Origin: Toensbergia leucococca
Taxonomy: Eukaryota
Assembly: GCA_022813965.1 (NCBI GenBank)
Contig: JALDZS010000008.1
Coordinates: 1 to 64,000, forward strand
Reading direction: 5' to 3'
DNA length: 64,000 nucleotides
Made by a program: the position numbers and the translations under genes. The notes under the pieces were generated by a model. The model did no database searches and was not told where the DNA came from. It was given only the letters and a program-made list of their open reading frames with translations. This document shows, piece by piece, positions 49,466 through 62,197 of the stretch (positions are counted from its first letter, which is position 1; each line of letters opens with the position of its first letter).

Positions 49466-52400
49466 ATGGCATCTTCACCACCTTCGGGTGGCCGTCCTCA
49501 AATCCTCAGCCATTCGACAGATGAGTCCACCATTGGAGATCATGACAATCGCCGAGAAAAAAGGCAATATGCAAATATTCGCAAGGGCGAGGAATCCACC
49601 AGCGAGGAATCCTCCCTCAAGAGATATGTTTCTATCAATCCTGGAGACAGAGCCGAATTGCAACGAATTGCATCACACGCCTTATCACTTTCGCCCTCGC
49701 GACAAAGTTCCAAGTTAGAACGTATGGACACTTTGGCTGGTGTTGAACACGATGACCCAGTCTTGAACCCCTCGTCGCCTGAATTTGATGTGTATAAATG
49801 GGCACGCATGTTTATGAGGACCATGAACGAAGAGAACATCAAGAGTCGACGTGCTGGATTCACTTTCAAAAACGTCAATGTTTCTGGATCTGGCGCTGCG
49901 CTTCAGTTGCAGAAGAATGTCGGATCCGTTCTCATGGCTCCCTTCCGCATGGGTGAGTATGTCAGTTTTGGTAAGAAACCAGAGAAAAGGATCCTGAGGA
50001 ATTTTGATGGAGTGGTCAAAAGCGGGGAGATGCTTGTCGTCCTTGGTCGACCTGGTAGCGGATGCTCCACTTTTCTTAAGACCATATGTGGGGACCTTGC
50101 AGGTCTGAATTTGAGCAAGGAGTCCGTCATCCATTATGATGGTAAGGGCCATTCACATGCTGCTGGATGCCTTCTGCTTTCGCATACTGAATCGTTTATC
50201 AAGGTGTTACTCAAAAGCAGATGATGAAAGAATTCAAGGGTGAAATAGTCTACAATCAGGTATGGTTTATAAGAATAGTACACGTGAGATGCTAATACTT
50301 GATTTAGGAAGTTGATAAACACTTCCCTCATCTGACCGTAGGTGAGACGCTGAAATTTGCAGCGGCATCGAGAGTTCCGCACCAACGAGTGAGGGGCCTC
50401 TCCAGAGAATCTTACGTGAACCATATAACCGACGTTGTCATGACCGTATTGGGATTAAGCCACACGAAGAACACTAAAGTGGGTAGTGATTTTGTTCGGG
50501 GTGTCTCGGGCGGAGAACGGAAACGTGTCTCTATCGCTGAGATGCTTTTAGCTGGGAGCCCAATAGGGCTTTATGATAATAGTACACGCGGCCTTGATTC
50601 GGCTACGGCTCTAGAGTTTACCAAAGCTTTAAAAATAGGGAGCAAGGTTAATGGCGTATGTCATGCCGTGGCTATTTACCAAGCATCCCAAGCTATCTAC
50701 GATCTTTTCGACAAGGCTATCGTTCTCTATGAAGGACGTCAAATATATCAAGGCCCGGCCAACGATGCTAAGCGTTACTTTGAGAGCATGGGCTGGTATT
50801 GTCCACCCCGTCAAACTACTGGGGACTTCCTGACATCGGTTACCAATCCCCAAGAGCGAAAATCAAGGGAAGGCTTTGAGCAGCAAGTACCCCGGACGCC
50901 AGATGACTTCGAGCAGTATTGGCGCCGTTCGTCCGAATTTGTCGCATTACAGAAGGACATCCAACAGCACGAAGACGAATTTCCCATTGGAGGTGAAGTC
51001 ATCAACGAATTCAAAGAATCTCACCGTGCTATGCAAGCAAAACACACGCGTGACGGTTCCCCCTATGTCATCAGTATTCCGATGCAAGTCAAGTTGTGTA
51101 TAAAACGTGCCTACCAGCGAATCATCAACGACAAAGCCTCAACAATTACTACCGTCATCAGCCAGGTTATAATGGCATTGGTTGTGGGTTCTGTCTTCTA
51201 CGGGACACCCGATAATACCGAGTCATTCTTCGCTCAGGGATCTGTCTTATTCTTTGCAGTTCTACTCAATGCTCTAATTGCAATCACAGAAATAAATCGC
51301 CTCTACGATCAACGGCCCATTGTTGAGAAACAGGCTTCATATGCCTTTTATCACCCTTTTACAGAGGCCCTGGCAGGTATAGTCTCCGACATACCCGTCA
51401 AGCTCTTTATTGCAGTTATCTTCAACATCATTCTCTACTTCCTTGCAGGCCTGAGAAGGGAACCGTCGCAGTTCTTCATTTTCTTTCTATTCAATTTCAT
51501 GGGACAGATGACAACGACAGCTATGTTTCGAACCATAGCTGCGGCTACGAAGACGATATCTTCAGCTTTGACCATTGCTGGCGTGTTGGTACTGGCGATA
51601 GTAATTTACACTGGATTTACGATACCCCGTCCTTATATGCATCCGTGGTTCAAGTGGCTAAGTTGGATTAACCCTATAGCGTACGCATATGAAGCTCTCC
51701 TGGTCAACAACGTCCATGGCCGCCAATTTCCATGCAGTGCACTAGTACCCTCTTACCCAAATCTCTCCGGCGATACTTTCATCTGTGGTGTTGCTGGAGC
51801 CGTTGCTGGACAAACTTCGGTATCTGGCGATGACTGGGTGCAGTCCTCTTACGGCTATAGTTATTCCCACATATGGCGGAATCTCGGATTTCTTTTCGCA
51901 TTTATGTTGTTCTTCATGGCCATCTATCTTTTGGCTACCGAATTGAATTCCTCGACCTCCTCGGCCGCAGAAGTCCTCGTTTTCCGTCGTGGCCACGTAC
52001 CAAGTTATATGCAGCAGACTAAAACTGCGAGTGGTAAAGGTGATGGAGAAACCGATACTCGGCAAGAAGCCATTTCACAGGAAATATCTTCGGAAGAAAA
52101 AGTCAATGTCATCCCACCTCAAAAAGATATATTCACCTGGAGAGACGTCGTTTACGATATCAAGATCAAGGGCGAGCCACGTAGGCTACTAGATCATGTC
52201 TCAGGTTGGGTAAAGCCTGGCACTCTCACCGCACTCATGGGCGTATCTGGGGCTGGCAAGACAACACTACTCGATGCTCTAGCGCAAAGAACGTCGATAG
52301 GAGTAATCACGGGCGACATGTTCGTCAATGGTAGGTCATTAGATGAAAGCTTTCAACGCAAGACTGGCTATGTACAGCAACAGGATCTTCACCTGGAGAC

Positions 52401-54626
52401 AAGCACTGTCCGCGAGGCGCTACGCTTTAGTGCAATTCTTCGGCAACCGGCATCAGTGACGAAAAGCGAAAAATACGAATTTGTGGAAGACGTAATAAAA
52501 ATGCTCAATATGGAGGACTTTTCGGAAGCTGTTGTTGGCCAGCCTGGCCAGGGTTTGAACGTTGAGCAGCGCAAGCTCCTTACCATTGGTGTTGAGCTAG
52601 CTGCGAAGCCCGCTCTTTTACTCTTCCTAGATGAGCCAACCTCTGGTACACACAGACCAGGACTACACTCATGAGCAGTAGCTAACAGCTAGCTCCAGGT
52701 CTTGATTCTCAGTCGTCATGGGCTATTGTTGCCTTCCTCCGCAAGCTGGCTGATAATGGCCAGGCGGTCCTGTCAACCATTCATCAGGTAAGATTACCAG
52801 TACAACACATTCCAGGAATTTTGAAATCAACACCTATGTTCCCTCCTTGCTTTTGCTGGCGTACCATTCTCATCTTGGGCTGAGAATACCGCGCTGTCTT
52901 CTTCTTCTGTTGACCGCAAGAATTTTTTCAATACAAAGGGAGAATATTTTGCCGACGACTTCCATACCTTCCTATTAGTAGGGGAAATATTAGTCTTGTC
53001 ATTTTGGAAACCCCCTCAACGTCAATTTACGAATTCTGGATGGCTGACTAGTTTGTTTCTTCAGCCGAGCTCAATTCTGTTTCAAGAATTCGATCGACTG
53101 CTCTTTCTAGCTAAAGGTGGGAGGACAGTCTACTTCGGCAACATTGGACAGAATTCAGAAACTTTGGTGGGCTACTTTGAGAGTCATGGTGCTCGTCATT
53201 GTTCCGAGTCGGAGAACCCTGCCGAATTCATGCTGGAAATTGTTGGAGCTGGTGCGACTGGGAAGTCCACGCAAGATTGGCACGATGTCTGGAAGGGAAG
53301 CCAGGAATGTCAAGACGTTCAGATCGAGCTGAGTCGCATACATGCGGAGAAAAGCAAAGAGGAACCCATTGACAGCGAAGTTGCCGAGGGACACGAAGAG
53401 TTCGCTATGCCATTTTGGACTCAACTACAGTGTGTCATGATTCGAGTCTTCCAGCAATACTGGCGCACACCAACGTATATCTGGGGTAAGCTCCTACTTG
53501 GCATTATGTCTTCACTGTGAGTACAATTAATGGGCTGAGTTGTAGTGTTACTAATGTTGTGTAAGGTTCATCGGTTTCTCATTCTACATGTCGGATAGCT
53601 CCCAGCAGGGCCTTCAGAATATCATCTTCAGCGTCTTCATGATCACAACCATCTTTACCTCGTTGGTACAGCAGGTAAGCTCGTCATCTATGGCTCTTGC
53701 TTGAGAACCTCAACTCGTCATTTTTGGATCTATAAGATAATAATTCTCAACCATTACAGATTATGCCCCGGTTCATAACCCAGCGATCTCTCTACGAAGT
53801 CCGAGAACGTCCTTCCAAAGCCTACTCCTGGGCGGCCTTCCTAATATCCAACATCGTTGTTGAGATACCCTACCAAATCCTTCTTGGCGTTCTAGTCTTC
53901 GGAGCGTACTATTATCCCACCTTCGGAATCCAGTCCTCCCAACGCCAAGGCCTTATCCTCCTCTTCTGTATCCAATTCTTCATCTTCGCTTCTACATTTG
54001 CACACGCCCTAATAGTCGCCCTTCCGGACGCCGAAACAGCAGGCAACATTGCAACACTCCTCTTTAGCATGTCCTTGATATTCAATGGCGTCATGCAGCC
54101 ACCGTCAGCTCTGCCTGGCTTCTGGATTTTCATGTACCGTGTCAGCCCGCTGACGTATATTGTCGATGGCATCGTGGCGACGGGCTTGCACGGGCGCGCA
54201 ATCACATGCTCGAGAAACGAGCTCAGCGTTTTCAACCCGCCTGCTGGCCAGACGTGTGGACAATATCTAGCTTCTTACCTTGCTGGATCATCAGGAAAAT
54301 TGCTGAACGCAGACGCTACGACGGGCTGCGAGTACTGCTCTCTCAGCACCGCCGATCAATTTCTTGCCATGGATGATATCTCCTGGGACACACGATGGCG
54401 AAACTTTGGCATCGTGTGGGTTTATATTGTATTCAATATTGCGGTCGCGGTACTATTCTACTACTGCTTCCGAGTCAAGAAATGGTCTGTGATGGATCTA
54501 AAGGGAAATTTTGGAGGTGTGATGACCGTAGGACGCAAGGTGGGTGCCTTGGGAAGACAGCCGGTGGGGAAGAGTGATGAGAAGGTTCCTGCGGGGAACG
54601 AGGCTGTGAATGACAAAATCCTTTAG
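49466..54626 (+). CDS. Full-size PDR/ABCG multidrug ABC transporter, multi-exon
   Basis: NBD1 motifs [22 protein letters not shown] and [11 protein letters not shown]2 motifs [16 protein letters not shown] and FLDEPTSG. Two transmembrane domains with PDR/CDR loop motifs. Confidence 0.97.
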
Positions 54627-55058
54627 GGTGTTTGGCTCAAGTGGAAGAATGATGGTTATGTCTTTTTTCTTGATTAATAATGTAGAAATCTGAGAGACAT
54701 CCTGGAGCGACGAGCAAGTATTCAGATGATCTGGGTTGGCCTTTTGATTAGGTGGTTGATTCTACGAGTTGTAGTACTCAAAAGTCAGGGACTTTGGTCG
54801 TGGAAGGGCTAGCAATGATGTCGTGCGTGTGTACATACCTTAGACCTTGATTCTCAGCAAAATCCCAAAATGGGTAGTGAGACTTGACTGAATGTTGAAA
54901 GAGGTAAATGGATATTCGTGCCACTCGTGCCAACTAATTACTCTTGTGCCATATATCCTTCGGCTCCGCTAACCGCCGAACCTCCAATAGACGCCCTTCC
55001 AACCCACCCAAAAGATCAACCTCCACACCCACCCTCAACAAAGCAGAAATCGCAAACA

Positions 55059-56039
55059 ATGCATCTCCACCCAATCCTCCTCCTCCCCCTCCTCCTCCCC
55101 CTCCTCCTCCCCCTCGCCCTCACCGCTCACCTAACCCTCCCCCTTTCCCCCTCCGCTCTAATCCCCAACCCCTCCACCCTCCCCCCCTCAACCCACGCCA
55201 CCCTAACCACCGCCCACCAAAAAACCCTCCGCGCGCCCCTCTCCCGCGCCAACACCTTCGTCTTCAACGACATACCCGAGGGCGATTATTTGCTCGAGAT
55301 TGTGAGCCGAGACTTTGTGTTTGCGCCGATGCGGGTGGATGTTTTGGGGGAGGTGGTCCGGGTTCGGGGGACTGTTCGGGGGACAGCGTGGGGGGATGTT
55401 GCGGGGGAGGATGGGGGGGAGAAGGAGGAGGAGGTGAGGTGTGTGGGGAGGAGGGAGTTTTTTGAGACGAGGAGGGGCTGTGAGTTTTTTTTTCTTTTTT
55501 TCTTGGGTTTCTCTACTCACTCCCTGCCTCGTGTTCTTTTTTTTTTTCTTTTTGGGGGTCTTCGTTTTCGGGGGTTGCTATATGCAGTTTTTTTTTCATC
55601 TGGAGCTGAAGAAGCAATCAAGACTAATTCTTTTAAAAACAAAAATTAAGTCTCCCCCCTCGACCTTCTCAAAAACCCAATGATCCTCATGGCCATGGTC
55701 GGGCTCGTCTTCGTGGTCGGGATGCCCTATCTCTTGGACACCAGTATTCCTCCCACCCCCTTTCTCCGTTCCCCTATCTCCCTACCCCTTGTCCTTTTCC
55801 ACCAACGCCTCTGACCCAATCACTCAATAGTGGACTCCGAAACTCGCGCCGAATTCGAAGAGCATTCCAAAAAGAGCCCTCTGGGCGGTGGCGCGGCGGC
55901 GGCGGCGAATCCGCTCTCTGGGTTCGATATGGCGGGTTGGATGGCGGGGAAGACGGCTCCTGTTGCGAGTGGTGGGGGTGGTGAGGAGGGGCAGGGGACG
56001 GGGACAGGGGCGGGGACGGGAAGGAAGAGGAGGGGGTGA
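55059..56039 (+). CDS. EMC7: ER membrane complex subunit 7 (DUF2012), 3 exons
   Basis: Signal peptide, FVFNDIPEGDYLLEI...FAPMRVDV, then spliced FSPLDLLKNPMILMAMVGL...MPYL and MDSETRAEFEE. Confidence 0.85.
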
Positions 56040-56324
56040 GGGGGGATGTGGGGTTTGTTTGAGGGGATGTTTGTTGCGAGAGTTGTAGCCGAGTGTCTGC
56101 TACTTGATTGGAGATTGTTCTCGTTTCTTCTGCTGGGTTCGATAACACGGAATGAAACGACGAGACGAGGGAGAGTAGGAGGAATTTATGTGTTGTATCC
56201 TTGAACCCGGACCGGGCATCCGTGAAATTAGGGCAAGATTAATGATACCCGGTTAAGCGTTGCCAGTAGGTGCACTTTCAAAGCGTTTGGATTGGGATAA
56301 AGGCTGCTTTGCAACCCATTTCCC

Positions 56325-57863
56325 CTACTCAGCCAGATAACCCTCAACATCAAACCTCACACTCCTCGCCACCAGCCTCACATACTCCCAACCCACATTG
56401 ACCTTCCACCTCGTCTGCGCATCCAGCACATCCGCCCCTCCCGCCGCCGTCCTGACCAGCAGCCTCAAAGACACCAGCGTCGCAACCTGCGTCTGCAAAT
56501 CCGCGCTGCCGGCAACAACGGGCCGCGGGACTATGGCGTGAAAGATTGCGAAAAGGCGCTCCAGCACAAAGGCTTGGGGCCCGAGGAGCTTTCGCTGGAT
56601 CTTGCGGTGCGAGGACGGGGTGTTGCGGGGCCTTTTGCGACGGTGGGGTTTGGAGCCGGCTTTTGTGAAGAGGAGGAGGTCTTGGCGTTGGGGGGAGTGG
56701 GAGGCGAGGTAGGCGGCTAGGAGGAGGTGTTTGGTGTAGAAGGGGAGGGAGTGTGTGTCTGGGCGCGAATTGTGTCAGATGTTGTAATGTTGATTTTCTT
56801 TTGTTGGGGAGAGAGAGAGAGAGGGTGGCTCACGCTTGATGGGTTTGGGAGTGGCTTCTGTGGGAGCGACCAAGCTCTCCATCAGTGCTGCTTCCCCCTG
56901 GAAAATGCCCCTGTTCCGCACCATCAATTTGGAGAAATCGCGCGTCCCGTACGTGCCATCTAGAACGGGCTGGATGAATGGCTTCCAAAGCCTTTCGCAG
57001 ACGGTGCGAAAGCTGAGAAGGTCGCGCGCGGTGCCCTTCCCAAGGGAGTCCCAGACTGCGCCGCAGAAACGGGACCATAACCATGCTGAGTCTTCGTCAG
57101 TTTCCGACGGTCCATGGTTTGAACTCTTTGAAACAGTGCTGTTTAGTGAGGTCTCGGATATTTGGAGGGGAGAGTGGGAGACAATGGCGAGGATCTCGGT
57201 GCGGTCGTAGGGCGGGAAGTGGATATGGGGCACGCCGGTCCTGTGGAGGAGGCGAGGGCGGGGAGCGGTAATGATCAGGACGATTGTTAGGTTTTGTATC
57301 TTTTATAATTAGCATCAGCCTCGTATTGTGGTGGTCATAAAGACGTACTATCTCTCCCAGGCGTGCTATGGCGGGTAGCAAGGTTGGAAAGATCTCACGC
57401 TGGCGATCAATGCCATCGAAGACCAATATAAATTTCCTTCTGCCTTCCAATAAGAGCCGTAAATGCACTACAAAAGCACTGATACTCTCACATCTGCCAT
57501 CGATTTTTTTCTTGGTTTCATTGTCATTCTCTGTGCTCAAGGTGGCTTCCACTGCTGCGAGTGCCCGCTCTAATAGATGACGGGCTGTGATGCATTCTTG
57601 CGATTTTTGAATTGCAAAAGGTGTTTTGAATGATCTGATGATAGCATTGGTCACCAAGCTCTTTCCTGTTGCTTCTAGGCCATAGAGTACAAGTATAGAG
57701 GGATTGGGCCAGTTTGGCTGCTTGGCAGATCAGTATGCTATGCGGTGCGAAGACGTATGTGGCTTACGTCTAATAGAGTAGCCAACTGGCGAATTTGGAA
57801 TTCTCTACAGAGGATTGATTCGCTCAGGGAGAGCAATAGCTCATTTGGGAGTAATAAAGCCAT
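56325..57863 (-). CDS. ORC5: Origin recognition complex subunit 5, 4 exons
   Basis: CREFQIRQL, Walker A-like YGLEATGKS, LVFDGIDRQRE, HFPPY, AAYLAS, and GPQAFVLERLFAIFHAI...QVATLVSLRLL. Confidence 0.92.
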
Positions 57864-58075
57864 GATGCCCATCCCCAGTTAGCCGTAACCCTCTGATGCA
57901 CTTTACTAGCGGCGCCTGGCACGCGAGTTGTTCGCGATTCCCGTGAACCTCAGGTCCTCCCTATCTTCTCGCCCGTCGAATGTGTTGATATCGGAACTCT
58001 GATCTTCTTCCTGAACAATCACCCTCTTCCGCATCTTCGCCAGACAACCCACTCAATCAAATTACCAAATTCACC

Positions 58076-58576
58076 ATGAATAACCCCAATGGCACCACTA
58101 CAATAGGCAATGAAAATCTCAATCCCGCAGAAGCTATTGCGGAATCAAAAGGCAAGGGGAAGGCAGTTGACACAAACCCTCACGACATGATGATGGACGA
58201 TGATGACGACGATAGCTCAGACGAAGAGACAGGCGCTGAGGAAGAGGTACCACCCATCTACTGACTCTTGCTCCCGTTCTCCAGATTCTGTCGCTAAATA
58301 CTACAATTCTAGGCACCAGAAGAACGTACGTTTGCTGGGACAGGCTTGCTACGATAAGCCCTTCAAGCTAACCAATCGTACCTTACAGCTGAAGAAGAAG
58401 ACGAAGACAACATGGAGGAGATCGACACCGACAACATCATCAACGACGGCAGACGCACTCGAGGCAAGGAAATCGACTTTGCCAAGGCAGCCGCGAACGC
58501 CGGAGACGACCTTGACGATGACGAAGACGACGATGACGATTTCGAGGAGAATGAAGACCACCATATGCAAGACTAG
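58076..58576 (+). CDS. CHZ1: H2A.Z-specific histone chaperone (CHZ domain), 2 exons
   Basis: Acidic protein. After the intron (~58247-58389) it has the CHZ motif EDNMEEIDTDNII...RRTRGKEIDFAKAA. Confidence 0.88.
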
Positions 58577-59084
58577 AGGGTCGAACAGAAGATCCATTGG
58601 CGCACCGAGATTGCTGGGATAGGAAAGAGATCGAGGCATGGGTACTGTTGCTTAATAGAGCCACGGAACCTGAAGCCGATAATTAAAAAGCCTGTTAAGA
58701 GGCGTCCGTTGCCACGATCCAAGCCGAGTCTCCTGCCCGGGCTTCCCTGACGTGGGAAAGAGCTCATGGGCATAAAGCAATGTGGATGTAAAATAGTAGC
58801 GAAGCATCTGTAAAGAGAAAGCAAGATCATATTGATAGCTCGAGTTGCTCTACTGCTTCAAATTCAGCCTCTTGGCCACCGCATTTTCTTCGCAAAACCT
58901 AATTGTAGACATCTATACAAATGACACCTGGCACACAATCACCAAGCTAGTAATCAAAATTCTTGAATCACCTCTCTTGCATACCAAAACCACAAGTAAA
59001 CGACATCTCTTCACCATATTCCCTGCACACCTCCCGATCTCCCCAACCCTCGACCTCCCCCAAAAGCCACATCACCTCCAAAAG

Positions 59085-59882
59085 ATGGCATCAAGGTCCC
59101 CACCCCTCTCTCACAATCCCCCCTCCCCAATCTCCCAGCTCACCTCTCCCCCATCCCAGCAGATTCAACCCCACAACACTCCACCAACGCGACCCGCGTT
59201 CCGCCCTCTTCGACTCCTACCCCAGCACCTCCCCCCGCCGCCCCGCCAGCCATTCCCCCGCGCGACCCCCGCCCCAAAACCCCTACAGCACCAGCAACGG
59301 CAACACAAGCAACTACACCGGCGCCAGCGGAAGTGGAGGCGTGAATGGGGGATTCAGGCCCGCGACGCCGAATCAACGGTGAGTTTTGGCTTGGGGTTGC
59401 TTGAAAGTTATAGAAGGAAGAAAGGGGAAGGCTGGGGGGGGGTTTGGAGAAAATACAGACCGGAGCTGATCTAAGTGGGTGAGGGGGCGCTCAGAGGCCA
59501 ATACAGCGACGCCGTTCTCTCGGAACTCGAATCGCAAAACGACACCGAGCTAGAAGGCATGAGCGCAAAAGTAAAAATGCTAAAAGATGTGCGCCCATCC
59601 CCCGCCCCTTCCCTTCACCTAAAAACAAACTCCAAGCCAGCAAAAAACTCACCCCCGCCCCCTCCAAAAAAACAGATCACCCTAGCCATCGGCACCGAAA
59701 TCCGCGACTCCTCCGCTCTCGCCGACAAGATGAACGACTCCTTCGACAACACGCGCGTGCGGCTGCGGGGGACGATGAATCGCATGTTGCGCATGGCAGA
59801 GAGGACGGGGGTGGGGTGGAGGGTCTGGGTGGGGTTTTTGGCGGCCGTTGTGGTGCTTTTTTGGTGGGTGTGGTTGTTCTGA
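59085..59882 (+). CDS. BET1: Qc-SNARE Bet1/Sft1-like, 4 exons
   Basis: MASR|F...RSALFDSY, YSDAVLSELESQND...KVKMLKD|ITLAIGTEIRDS...LRGTMNRMLRMA, and a C-terminal transmembrane helix. Confidence 0.85.
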
Positions 59883-60249
59883 TTTTTCTCTTCTCGGGGG
59901 TTATTGAGGAGGGGAGAGGGATGGAGGGAAAGGAGGAGTGGGGCAGGGGGGGGGATCATGCATAGCGTGCGAGGGTTGTGGGAGGGGCGTTTTGGGGTTG
60001 GCTGCTGGCTGGGTTGGTGGGCTGGGCTTTGTTGTTGCGGCGGGAGATACCTTTGTCACGTATGTCTTCTTCTTCCTTTTTTTCTTCTCTATCAGAAAAA
60101 AGCAAAGGGTGGTAGTAGATAGAGACGCCCCTTTCCGCTGCATACACACCCCCATTTCGATACTCACACCCACCCACCCCCCCCTGGATTAAACAATACT
60201 GAAGCCGGCAGTCACAAGCGCACCTACTCAAATATTCACTTCGCATACA

Positions 60250-60960
60250 TTTCTATTGATCTAAAAACCCAGCCATGACACGGCCAGCCTCATGAACGTG
60301 CGTGCATCAAATGCCCCCCCTTCAACTGATGACAACAGAGGGCCATGACAACAGGCAGGCTGGATTTGATAATTTTCTACCTGCTCAGTAAGAGCAGCCC
60401 CTCCCGATTTTTGGACTTGTGCATGCAGTGATATGAGATGGGGTTGTATGTGGTTGGGGGGTTAGGGAAGGTGAAGAGTGAGAATGTGTAGGAAGAGGAA
60501 GAGGAATTTAGGGGGTGGTGGAAGAAGCGAGGTGAATGAGAAGCCTTGGATGACGGGGTTGAGGGAGGTGAATGAAGCAAGACATGACGATTCAGATTCA
60601 TGATGAAACTGTGTCCGGCCCTTCCAATTGCAGGTCTGAGTTAGTTCCAGGAGTCGAGTCCGGAATGTGAGTACAAAAGAATGTTTGTTTCTCCTAGGCA
60701 AGGTAGTCTCACGCCAATTGAGGATGGTAATGAATGACATGCAAAAAGAGGGTTAAGGATAGAGAAGCGAGACGAGGCGCGAAAGCATCAATCAAAAATC
60801 GAGGCCAAAAACCCAAAACCAAACACCGTACTCGGACTCAGACTCGAACTCTGGACCAAAAATCAAAATAAGAAGAACTGCATTCAATAGCTCCAGGTGA
60901 TCCCCCAGATCGCAGACTGCGCAGAAACAGGCCCGTGTGCTAACCATTACGCCAACTCAC
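60250..60960 (-). ncRNA. Candidate structured non-coding RNA, identity unresolved
   Basis: Several long helices that use G.U pairs on the minus strand, a compact three-way junction near 60265-60367, and A-box/B-box-like motifs at 60944-60954 and 60841-60849. Confidence 0.35.
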
Positions 60961-61144
60961 TTGCCATGGAATTGAGAGGACGAATTACAATATCTAAATA
61001 TTCTAACTTGTGTATATCACTTGTGTGTCTACAACATTGTACATCTGTCTTCGGTTTACTAATACACCTGCTTGAAACCATGTCTTATACTTCTGTAGTT
61101 TCCTTTGCACAAAACCATGTCTTATACACGGTTCCTCAGGCGAA

Positions 61145-61785
61145 GGTCTGAGCTGAGAAATCAAATACATTCACTTGAGAAAACTCATCATACTCACTAC
61201 TAACCTCTCTAACACATTCCCACCTCATCTTTACAACATCTGTTTAGTCAAGACTTCACCTCATACGCCCTTAAAGGGACAGATCAAAATCAACAGATCT
61301 TTCATTCCCCTTCCATCATCATTCTGAGCCCCCTTCTCATAAAAAAAATCATGAAATAGAAATGTCAAGTCTTCTCATCCCTCAATCTCATACCTCTTCT
61401 TCAGTAGCTTCTCTCATTGAAGCTCAAAGTCATCACTTCCTTCAATATCTCTCAGTCCTCTCAACAAAAAGTCTCATCTGCAGACACACCCTCATCATTT
61501 CAAGATGATGAAAGTGATGAGGAGATAAAAGATCAGAGTTCTCTTACAACTCAGGAACAAAAAGCTAGCCGCTATCACATTATATTTTCTCACAACTAAG
61601 AAAGCTTGATAAAACACAATGTTGTGAAACCTATCACCAAGTATGAAGTGATCAAGAATCTGAGAATAAGACTGATCATGCTGAGAAAATGAATTGAAAG
61701 TTCAGGAATAAGAGTTGAAATACGTACCTAAGACCCTCCCCCACCAACATGTAAGATCAAAACACCCTCGGTCTCAAAAAGTTGA
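61145..61785. other. AT-rich mutated repeat relic between two ~55-bp degenerate direct repeats
   Basis: Rich in TCA/GA and depleted in CC/CG. Each flank holds two ACCATRTCTTATA motifs. Confidence 0.5.
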
Positions 61786-62197
61786 TTTGGAACCATATCT
61801 TATACTTCAGTAGAGTCTTATAAGCCGACCATATCTTATATGACAGATTGTACGGTACCTACCTCCGCAACATTGCGCCCGTTGCCTCATTATTGCCTAT
61901 TCCAGGCCCCGGTATACATCGAAATGTGGGTGTGTATGTATAGTGAAATGGGGCTGTCTATCTCCCACCACCCAAAAAAGAAATGGCAAAGGGATAACAA
62001 AGCAGTATGCAATCACTAGCCTCCTCCATCCATCTGCTTTGGATGGGAAAAAGGAGCTTCATTGCGGCGCCGTGAATGAAGCTGAGCAGATAGCACCGTG
62101 AATATATGTGCTGTGTTGTGATTTTTTTGGCCATCTAGTCAAGACGCGCCGCGTCCTGTCAGCTCAACGCCGACAGGCAGAAAAAAAGGATATAACC

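Noticed and set aside
52788..53064. Unusually long introns in the ABC gene and in HTZ1 (~40946-41235) as snoRNA hosts
   Set aside because: No well-placed C/D or H/ACA boxes were recognised.
60583..60639. Possible C/D box snoRNA (ATGATGA...CTGA) on the plus strand
   Set aside because: It is too short, and the putative 18S guide (TCCAATTG) is partial and not correctly placed before box D.
60840..60960. Second tRNA on the minus strand (tRNA-like D-arm, GTT triplet, GTTCGA)
   Set aside because: No consistent acceptor or T stems could be built, so it is kept only as A/B-box-like motifs.
60630..61151. RNase P-like P4 motifs (GAAGGTCTGAG, CTCAGAC)
   Set aside because: Order and strand do not fit, and the other conserved regions are missing.
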